DNA of 63,973 nt, filler included, from Stramenopiles sp. TOSAG23-2 (taxonomy: Eukaryota), in assembly GCA_900128395.1 (NCBI GenBank). It is 5 parts of 5 records of this genome, joined end to end, with 100 filler letters (N's around TTAATTAATTAA, not from the genome) between each part and the next. Parts side by side here need not be neighbours in the genome. Positions count along the whole stretch, not along the records: positions 29,508 to 58,835 come from LT649390.1; 4 more parts are not named here. The stretch is one strand, 5' to 3'. Position numbers and translations under genes: made by a program. This document shows, piece by piece, positions 34,330 through 43,492 of this stretch. Position 1 is the first letter of the stretch. Each line of letters begins with the position of its first letter. Below the pieces are notes generated by a model. The model saw nothing but the letters and a program-made list of their open reading frames with translations. It searched no databases and was not told the origin of the DNA.

Positions 34330-35961
34330 ATGAATACAATAAGAAATTTATCATGTAGTAGTGGTGGCGAAGCAGTTTTGCGTAATTTATTGTTAAATGA
34401 TTGCACGGTCTGTTTTACAAATCCTGGGACATCAGAAATGCATTTTTGTGCTGCTCTAGATGATGTTCCAGAGATGCGTTCCATTTTAGTGTTGTTTGAA
34501 GGCGTTGCATCCGGTGCATGCCTTGGATATGGTATTATGGCAGACAAACCAAGTGCTTGTTTAATGCATTTAAGTGGTGGATATGGAAATGGATATGCAA
34601 ACTTACACAATGCTAAAAGAAGTGCTGTTCCAGTAATTGTTATATGCGGTGATCATGCAACCGATCATCAATACGACCAGCATTTACAAGGTGATATTAC
34701 TCAGATTGCAAGCGGTGTTTCTGGAACGGTTGTACATAATTTAGATGAAATGGCATTGGTTCGTGACTTAAATGATTGTATTCGTGGTGCATATCGTGCT
34801 CCTGGCAACGTTGCAACTTTAATTTTACCTGCTAATGCAAGTTGGAATCCTTTTCCACCTTTGCCTGTTAAAATAACAAATTTACCAAAAGAAATCATTT
34901 GTACAAGCGATAAAGTTATGTTAGGGATGAAAATTTTAAAGGAAGCTATGTCTATGGGTATGGGTTCTGAAGTCTTACTACTTCATGGTTTGAAAACTGC
35001 ACGGAAAGATGGTTTGATACAAAGTTGGAGAATTGCAGAAGCAACAAAATGTGGAAATATGTTACCAACATTTAATGGAAAAGTTGAATATGGTTGGGAT
35101 ATTCCACGAGTAAATACAATCCCATATTTTGCAGAGCAACAAGTACAATTATTGTCAAAATATAAAATCATTTTATTAGTCAATGCAAAACATCCTGCCG
35201 GTTTCTTTGGATACCCAGAAGAAGCAAATAAACCTGGATGGGTATTACCAGATGGATGTCAAGTAGTTGAATTGGCATCTGTACATGATGATGGTATTCA
35301 ATATTTAACTGATTTAGCAAATGCATTAAATGCACCTGTTTACATGCCAAGTAGTCGCGCGCCTCCAGTAACGAAAACATTCAATCCAAATGACAATTTA
35401 AATCCAAAATCAATTGGTATAATTATGTCAAAATATTTACCAGAAGAATTTGTCATGGTTGATGAAGGTAATACGATGGGTGGCCCAATCAAAGCTAGTG
35501 GGCAATTTTACAACCGATGTCACTATGATCAAGTAGCATTAGTTGGTGGTGCCATAGGTCAAGGTTTGCCAGTTTCAGTTGGTGTTGGTGTTGCTGTGCC
35601 TGATAAAAAAGTAATCAATTTACAAGCAGATGGTAGTGCTATGTATACAATCCAATCATTATGGACGATGGCAAGGGAAAAATTGGATGTATGTGTTGTT
35701 ATATGCGACAATGGTGTATATGGCATTTTAGCATTTGAACATTCTAGGATGACAGGTAAGCAACCAGGAAACAAAGCAATGGAAATGTTTGATTTAAGCA
35801 TGAATGGTGAAAACATAGATTTTGTTCAATTAGCTAAAGGTATGGGAGTCGATGGAGCAAAATGTTTTACTGATGGTGAATTTGAAAAAGCATTTCAACA
35901 TGCCATGTCCACGAAAGGGCCTTATTTAATTCAAGCAGTTGCGCGTAGGCCAAAGATGTAA
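34330..35961 (+). CDS. Thiamine-diphosphate enzyme, bacterial acetolactate synthase large subunit-like family
   Basis: CFTNPGTSEMHF, LFEGVASG, GYANLHNAKR, GGAIGQGLP, and the TPP motif QADGSAMYTIQSLWTMARE...N. Confidence 0.88.
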   Translation: MNTIRNLSCSSGGEAVLRNLLLNDCTVCFTNPGTSEMHFCAALDDVPEMRSILVLFEGVASGACLGYGIMADKPSACLMHLSGGYGNGYANLHNAKRSAVPVIVICGDHATDHQYDQHLQGDITQIASGVSGTVVHNLDEMALVRDLNDCIRGAYRAPGNVATLILPANASWNPFPPLPVKITNLPKEIICTSDKVMLGMKILKEAMSMGMGSEVLLLHGLKTARKDGLIQSWRIAEATKCGNMLPTFNGKVEYGWDIPRVNTIPYFAEQQVQLLSKYKIILLVNAKHPAGFFGYPEEANKPGWVLPDGCQVVELASVHDDGIQYLTDLANALNAPVYMPSSRAPPVTKTFNPNDNLNPKSIGIIMSKYLPEEFVMVDEGNTMGGPIKASGQFYNRCHYDQVALVGGAIGQGLPVSVGVGVAVPDKKVINLQADGSAMYTIQSLWTMAREKLDVCVVICDNGVYGILAFEHSRMTGKQPGNKAMEMFDLSMNGENIDFVQLAKGMGVDGAKCFTDGEFEKAFQHAMSTKGPYLIQAVARRPKM

Positions 35962-36269
35962 CAATCGACTATATGGAAGATTTGTTTTTTTATATACTGT
36001 TATATAATATAAAAGAAATATATTTTTTACAAAGTGTTAGTGTGGGTGGTAAATCTATAAATTATTTTTTACCATATTTTTTTTATAATAAATAAATTTT
36101 AATATTATCAAAAGAGAGGCCTTTTCTTTCCCTTTATTTATATATATATATCACTTGAGGATTATTACATCATACATATAATTATATACACGTGTATAAT
36201 ATATAATATATATATATAAAGCACGTACAGCATAATACAAGAGAGAAAGAAATAAAATAATATAATAGT

Positions 36270-37319
36270 ATGACTTGTTGCGGCTCTTCCATGTCATGCC
36301 AACGTTTCATGGCATATATCGTACTTTTTATAGCATGTTTTCTTGGAGTTGCCAAACAATTCTTTTTGACTAAAAAGATACATGATTGGAATTTTCCAAC
36401 ATTAAAGAACAAAATATTCATTGTAACAGGTTCTACCAGTGGAATTGGATTTGAAACTGTAAAGTGGTTGTACAAAAATGGTGCTACAGTTGTCATGGCA
36501 AATCGAAATGTAGAAAAGAGTGAAAGGGTTGCCCCATCAAATGGTAAAGGAAAATTAATACATTTAAAATTAGACCTTGCTTCATTTGAATCAACAAGAG
36601 AATTTGCGAAAAAAATTAAAATGATTTATGGTGACCGTTCTATTGATGCTTTGATATTAAATGCAGCAACAACTGCTGATAATGAAATCACTAAGGATGG
36701 AATTGATATGCAATACCAAGTAAACCATTTATCACATTTTTTGCTTAGTAATTTATTGATTCAACAAATGAAAGTGAAAAGTCGTATCATTTTTGTCTCT
36801 TCGGCCATGCATTATCTTGGGACAATTGATTTTAAAGCATTTTCATTTTCAAATAAAAATCTAAAACCGCATCATGTTGGAGGTGGAAGACTTTATTCTG
36901 CTACTAAGCTTATGAACACGATGGCAGCTATTGAACTTGATATTTTATTAAAGAAACATTATGAAGATGAAGTTACAATTGCAGTATCATCTGTCCATCC
37001 AGGTTTTGTGATTTCGGAATTAGATGAAGATGGAAAGTCATTTAAGCAAATTATTATGCCATATTTGCGTCAACTTCTTGCACGTCAAACTAATACAGGT
37101 GCATTGACACAATTACGTGTAGCGACAGATCCTGCATTATCACAAACAGATTGTGAAACAAATGGTTGTTATTTTTCAGATGATTGTATAAATTATTTAT
37201 GTAAAGGTTTAATCTCTAGTGAAGAATCTTTGAATCAAACTATAAGGCAGTGGTTGTGGAAAGAAAATGAACAATTAGTTGGTGGTAATATTGGTTTGTT
37301 AGGTAATAAGATTTTATAA
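36270..37319 (+). CDS. Short-chain dehydrogenase/reductase, retinol dehydrogenase/WWOX-like
   Basis: TGSTSGIG, LDLAS, LILNAA, VNHLSHFLL, YSATK, VHPG; N-terminal hydrophobic anchor. Confidence 0.9.
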   Translation: MTCCGSSMSCQRFMAYIVLFIACFLGVAKQFFLTKKIHDWNFPTLKNKIFIVTGSTSGIGFETVKWLYKNGATVVMANRNVEKSERVAPSNGKGKLIHLKLDLASFESTREFAKKIKMIYGDRSIDALILNAATTADNEITKDGIDMQYQVNHLSHFLLSNLLIQQMKVKSRIIFVSSAMHYLGTIDFKAFSFSNKNLKPHHVGGGRLYSATKLMNTMAAIELDILLKKHYEDEVTIAVSSVHPGFVISELDEDGKSFKQIIMPYLRQLLARQTNTGALTQLRVATDPALSQTDCETNGCYFSDDCINYLCKGLISSEESLNQTIRQWLWKENEQLVGGNIGLLGNKIL

Positions 37320-37603
37320 AAAAATAGAGAAAAATTGTGTGTTCTTTATTTTTATCACACAAGGATACTACTCGTATTTTTGCATTTATTTAAAAAAAAT
37401 ATTTTTGGTGTTACACACATTTTTTAAATTTTTGTTTAATAAATTTATAAATATATAAAATATGTATTAATACCTGAGTAAAAAACTATGTGCATCAATA
37501 TATATTTTTTTATATACTTTCGTACACACATATGTTTGTTACTTAGCACCGGGAAGTAAAATTATTATAACTTATATGATTTTAACCATCCTTTTTATGC
37601 ATA

Positions 37604-39115
37604 TTATATGTTGTAAAACTCCAAAAATTCTTTGTAACTAAATCGAAATGGATATTTAACTTCATCCGTTTCTAATTCCTTTACATACACAGCAATTAAA
37701 TTTTTATAATCAATTTGCATGTTAGGATGTTTCTTATTTTTCAACATCATTTTCAATAATTTCATCTTCTTGTTACGTTCCAAACTAGGCTTTCTTAATG
37801 ATAAGAATGGTTTATATTTCATTCGCTTTAAACCTTCATGACTCGTTAAGAAATCACTTTGTAATACATCTTTCATCGCTGGTTTATCCATTTTACTTGC
37901 TAATTTCCTCCACGTTCTCAATGGCTTATACGTATTTTTGTTGCTCATTCCTTCTCTTAATGCTAAATCTTTGAAATTATTTTCGCGTGTTCGTGCCACA
38001 AATGCTTGCATTAACAATTTTTCATATTCTTTTGCTTCATTTACTGCATTGATTACCGTGTTTCTGGTTAAAAAGTCTACCATCTCATCTTTTTCACTAC
38101 TAAATTTTTCATTCCCAACATTTATAAGAATTTGTTCATTTAAATGTTTATCCCAACGATGAATTGTATGTTTGGGGTACAATGAATCTCCTTCCTTTGG
38201 GCGACGACTTATTGCACTTAATCCAGGATGATGTTTTACATTCAAAAATGTATGATTGTCCAAATTATTTGTACTTTCAATTAGTTCATTGAATAATTCT
38301 TCATTTGGAATATTACTATTACTACTACTATCGTTTTTTTCTTTTGCTATTTCCTCCGTTTCTCCTTCTTCTTCTTCTTCTTCTTCACGTCTGAGTGATT
38401 TTAACGTTGTTGCATTCTCCACTGGTGCAATATTTGTCGTCTTATATACCTTTGCTGGTATCAACGATTCCCCATCTTCACTAACTTCTAAATCCAAACC
38501 TTTAAATGAAGAGTTTAATTTATCTTTGTAAGTATTCAATGTATATTCAGCATCAATGCCAACAGCGGTAAGTTTTGAGTTCCTCAAGCGATAGATTGAT
38601 TTTGATTGTTTAACTCTGTTTACCAGCTTCCTCGTTGGACCAAGCTCTAGCTCCAGAAGATCAAGGTACTTCATCGCGTAGTTCTTTGCATATACCGTCT
38701 TGCCATTGACTTTGATTTTCTTGTGTGCAATCAGTTGGCGTCCTTGCTGCATTGATTTCACAAAATTTAAACGATATAATACCGTACCTAGCTGTCGCTC
38801 CAACAAACCACCCAGTGGTTTATTGGAACTACCATTGTATGGATTTGTATTTCGTACAATTTTTTTAATCTGTCTTTCTTTTAAACCGTAAAACAATTTA
38901 ATAGCTTTCTTTTGTTTCAAACCATTCCCAAATAGAAATCTGGTTGATGTTAAAATTTGTTTTCTTTTCAATATACTTGGTTTTAAGTCGTGCCTTTGCA
39001 ACATATTCCATTTTTGCTTATTAAATTTTTCTAATTTCTTGACACGTTCCCCAAAAATTGGACGTTGCAAATGTCGCCATTTTTTGTAAAATGGTTTATA
39101 TACGTTTCCCGACAT
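37604..39115 (-). CDS. rps4: Mitochondrial-type ribosomal protein S4 (uS4m), nucleus-encoded, with a long central insertion
   Basis: YKPFYK, KFNKQKW, LKQKKAIKLFYGLKERQIK; S4 domain LERQLGTVLYRLNFVKSMQQGRQLIAHKKIKVNG; C-terminal IDYKNL..YPF..EFY. Confidence 0.82.
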   Translation of the reverse strand: MSGNVYKPFYKKWRHLQRPIFGERVKKLEKFNKQKWNMLQRHDLKPSILKRKQILTSTRFLFGNGLKQKKAIKLFYGLKERQIKKIVRNTNPYNGSSNKPLGGLLERQLGTVLYRLNFVKSMQQGRQLIAHKKIKVNGKTVYAKNYAMKYLDLLELELGPTRKLVNRVKQSKSIYRLRNSKLTAVGIDAEYTLNTYKDKLNSSFKGLDLEVSEDGESLIPAKVYKTTNIAPVENATTLKSLRREEEEEEEGETEEIAKEKNDSSSNSNIPNEELFNELIESTNNLDNHTFLNVKHHPGLSAISRRPKEGDSLYPKHTIHRWDKHLNEQILINVGNEKFSSEKDEMVDFLTRNTVINAVNEAKEYEKLLMQAFVARTRENNFKDLALREGMSNKNTYKPLRTWRKLASKMDKPAMKDVLQSDFLTSHEGLKRMKYKPFLSLRKPSLERNKKMKLLKMMLKNKKHPNMQIDYKNLIAVYVKELETDEVKYPFRFSYKEFLEFYNI

Positions 39116-39341
39116 GGTATGTATCTACGAACGTACTACTACTACTAATACTACTACTACTACTAATGATAATAATATCAATGAACCTTTTGAATAATAT
39201 AATGTTTGAACATTAATAAAAATAAAATGATATATGTAAAATTGTTGTTTTTATATTCCTTTGTGTAATTCCATCTTCATTTATATTCATTCATTATTCG
39301 ATTGCCAGTTGCCAGATTGCCCTTCCTATAGTTCTTATACA

Positions 39342-39641
39342 CACTATGAAACATTTTGACGCTTGAATCCCTTCCTGTGTCAATGCTATTAATTAGCAGG
39401 TGCATAGCAGTGAAATGGATGGAAAATTGGGACGTGATTTATATAGAAATAATTGATCACTAACAAGTATAAGCTTGCTATCAAAAGGCAAAAATGATTT
39501 TATATAGATTTCCCCCACTATGCACCTGCTAATACAATAGTATCGAGATAGCACTCACATGATGGATATCCCTTGCTATGTACCTGCTAATTAATAGCAT
39601 TGACACAGCAAGGGATACAAGCGTCAAAATGTTTCATAGTG
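39342..39641. mobile_element. 300-bp MITE-like non-autonomous DNA transposon with ~69-bp terminal inverted repeats (CACTATG...CATAGTG)
   Basis: 39341-39409 is the reverse complement of 39574-39642 with 3 mismatches. No coding capacity and no clear target-site duplication. Confidence 0.75.
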
Positions 39642-40102
39642 TTATCGGGATAGTGGTAAGACTTTTGGCCTGCCCAGCCTGGCAGGCGAATGTTGTATAT
39701 GGGGGGAGCTACGAGTATTTGCTAGCCTTTCTTTAGCTAGGGACATAAGTACAAAAAGTAAAATTATTAATAACACAACATAACAAACGCAATAACAACT
39801 TCTTCTTTTTTTTAATAGTCTAGTAGACTTATTATTTAATATATTTATACATTTCTATTTAATTTATTGCAACTACTACTACAATTAAATATTGTTGCAC
39901 TATTATTATTTAATAATACTCTGTATTTATTATTAATTTAAATCTAGCTGTTTCTAATGTATATGATGATACCAATCGTATATATATAGGATAGCCATAT
40001 GAAATTATCAGTGGGAACTATACACGCATAGATTATATATATATATATACGAAATTTTTTATTGTATATTGTGCTCATATCATATTTTCTGCCAACTACA
40101 AT

Positions 40103-42914
40103 ATGTCTTCCAACCATCATGATGTTCGTTTTACAACTAAAACCTCCTACAATCATTGGTTCTTTTTTCTTCAAATTGTATTTTTGTATATAGTAAATAT
40201 AAATGCAATGGATGAACGAAGCGTAACTGCCGATGAATTATCACCTGTTAGTTTTCAAAATGCTTTAAAAGTTGATACTGATAATAGTGATAATAATAAT
40301 ATTAATCTACCTTCAGGCAAATGTTTTGCAGCTTTATGTAACCAGAATAGTAATGGGATGCTTCGTGGTAATAGAAATGATTTGAACTCACAACTTCAAT
40401 TTTTTACTCGTGATTTGGCAAATAAAGATTTTTCTTTAATTGAATTGCGACAACAAATTCATATGCATTGCTCAGGTGTAGATTGTCTACTCGGTAAATT
40501 AGCGAAAGCGGGCCAAAAAATTTTACAAAAAAGTTTGCCAGCCTGTAAAAAGATATTTAAAGACGGTTTCCCTACAAATATGAATGGTGTAATTGAATTA
40601 TTTAAAAAATCGAATTTAAAAACTTTGCTTGGGGATCTTGATCAATGCTCTAATGAAGCTACTACGCTTGTAACCCAGATGAAGAATACTAAGATAGGGC
40701 CAGGTGATACCGCTACAAAAGCGCCTACTACCGATAGTGATGGTAGTGATGATAATAATGATAATACTGATACTGAAGGTATTCAAGCACTGGAAGCATT
40801 ATCATCATTCATAACGAAAGTAAAGGAACATGCTTTAACAAAAAAATTATTGAAAGCAATTGAAATTTACAATAAATGTGAACCGTTGTGGACGTTTGAT
40901 AATAATATTGATATCAACACAATATCACAAAAACTAGGTGAGGCAAATACGTGTATTGATGAATTAAAAAGCGTACAAGAAAGTTTACCAAAAAAATTAA
41001 TAACAATAGTAGAAGCAGTGCAAAAATTTATCCCATCCACACAAAAATTGTTAAAAGCAATATCTACACTTCCAGACGATCCAAAAGAGTTAAAAAAAAA
41101 ACTTACAGAAGTTGAAAATTTCTTAAAAGAGGTTTCACAAATCAACGGTGTACCAGATAAAGTAAAATCTATCGCAGATGGAATAAATTCGTTTGTTCCA
41201 ATTGCCAAAGAATTAACAACTGCATATGATAAATGCACTGAGATTCGCAAAACTGTCGAGGATTCTAGTTTTGAATGGGAAGCCTTGACTGCAATTGTGG
41301 ATAGTTTAAAAGAATGTAAGGAAGGTATAGAAAATGTTAAATTTGATAAGGTCCAGTCTAATGTTAATTGGATCAAGGACAAACTAAATAAATTACAAAC
41401 AATAAAAGAAGCAGCATTAAAGTTTGTTGAACCACTATTTAAACTTGAAGAGGCTATCACAATTTGTTCAGAGATTGCTGCAAGCGAATTAAACTGCAAT
41501 AGTTTTGATCCTTGTAAAAATAAAATAAAAAGTCTTAGTAAGAGTTTTCCAAAAATTGAAAATAAGGTAAAAAAAATTACGGGTGCAGTAGAAGCTGCAA
41601 CTAAGATATGCAAAGAATGTAAACCTGTTTTTAAGATAAATTTTGAAGTTGCTTTTAATGAATTAGCAAAAGCTGTAAAGGAGAAACAGGAAGAGGTTAA
41701 AAAGTGTACAGCTGCAGTTCAGAAACAAAAAAAGAAATTAGGCAAATTTGGAAAAAAAATAGCTGAACTGGCAAAAAAAGTTGAAAAATTCATCGCAAGA
41801 GTGAGTATATATATTCCCCTCTCTAAATTTGAAATATTTTAATTTCACTGAAAACTAACATAATTCTTACATTTACATTATATATACTTGGTACCAATAC
41901 AAATAGATAAATAAAACGCCATTATTTCAAATTTTAAATACGTTCAAAAATTGCAAGACCATGATTAAGAAGGGCGAAGAACTTACGAAATATACGGATG
42001 GTGCTTTAATCCCAGATTTAGAAAAAACTGATGGTGGTAATGTTGTCGAATGGACAAAAGAAATACGTGAACAAATAAAGGACTCTAAAAAAGAATTAGA
42101 AGGTGCAAAAAACGATTTTATGAAATTTATAAAAACAACAAAAGAATGTGGTAAATCTATGAACGCTTTAGTAGATAGTCTACCTGAAGGTGTAGGAACT
42201 AGTATAAAAAGTAAAGTTAACGCTATAAAAGATTTAGCAGAAGACATAAAAGTAAAGGTTAAACAAGGAAAAAAACAACTTCAGAAGAAATCTAAATTTG
42301 GTTGGTTTAAGAATTTATGTAAGGTTGCAAAGAAGGTTGTGGCTGTTGCTAAAACAGCTTTAAGACTTGCAGGAACATTGATAGGACCTCTTTCTGAATG
42401 TGTTAGTGAGTTAACAGATGATAAAAACAATGAGCTTAGTCTTAAAGAAAAGTATTTGGAATGTTATGTCGCAGCATGTAAAGAATTTGATGATGCCGTG
42501 GTCGTGGGAGGAGCTGCTTTGGCAGGTGTTGCTGCTGCTGTGCCTACATGTGGCGCAGTAGCAGCTGCAGCATCTGCAGCACCAGTGATTGGAACAATTG
42601 GAGGTGGCGCAATCTGCTCTGCAGCCGCGGCGGCTGTCGCAGGCGAAATTGCTGATAGGGCGTATCAAAATAGTACATTAGATATTGAGGCCGATAAAGC
42701 ATGCGAAGCTTCAAGGGAAGGTGTTTCTGACTTTACTGACGAACTCCTGGACAAAGTAGATATTGTGTTAGAGCATATAAGTTCACCAAAAAATGTCGAA
42801 AAGGAGAGGCGTAGATGGGAAACATCCATGGACGAGAATGATCCATGTTATGATTTAGATGGGAATTATCATGAAGGACTGGATGGATGCGAAGCGACGG
42901 ACCCCAATAAATAA
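40103..42914 (+). CDS. Large secreted alpha-helical protein with periodic cysteines and a Gly/Ala-rich hydrophobic C-terminal hairpin; 2 exons, intron 41801-41906
   Basis: Signal-like segment WFFFLQIVFLYIVNINA. Donor GTGAGT at 41801, branch ACTAAC near 41854, acceptor TAG ending 41906; a phase-0 splice joins the 579-aa and 317-aa ORFs. Confidence 0.78.
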
Positions 42915-43492
42915 AATAAAAAAATATTTTTATTCGTACGTACGTACGAGTATAAGATTATGTATACACACACGCGTATCATTTTTTTTCACAACCTGTT
43001 ATGACTATATAATTCCATAATTAAAAAACCAAGGTATAGAAATAATGCATTTACTTACGATAAATATTTTCACCTGAAATCTTGTTTTTAGTGCTATGTA
43101 GTGCTAAATTTATCGCCTGGTTAGCCTTAGACTACCACTACTGGTACTGTTATGTGAATCACGAATCACTCGCACCTTCACACTTCACACTATCAAATGA
43201 TAGGTAATCTATACTTGAAAGGCGAAATTAGAATACTCACACAGCTACCAACAACTGTGAGAGCGTATTCACAATGATATTTCAGCTTAAAATTGAGGAA
43301 GAAAGAATGAAAAATTGCTTGTTTTTCTTTTTTTTGCTGTTTTTTTGAGGGGGGATTTTGATGATAAATATATATAGTTATTATAGTGTGAACAATGCAT
43401 GTGTGTGTACTCGTACAGCGTATTGGGCACATCTTTGCTACTATATTATATCAACTGAATACAATATTTGTTTCAGAACAAAAGAAGAAAAT

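Noticed and set aside
40867..41613. 248-aa antisense ORF, and the many other short antisense ORFs
   Set aside because: These are mirror frames of real genes arising from codon bias, with no independent coding signal.
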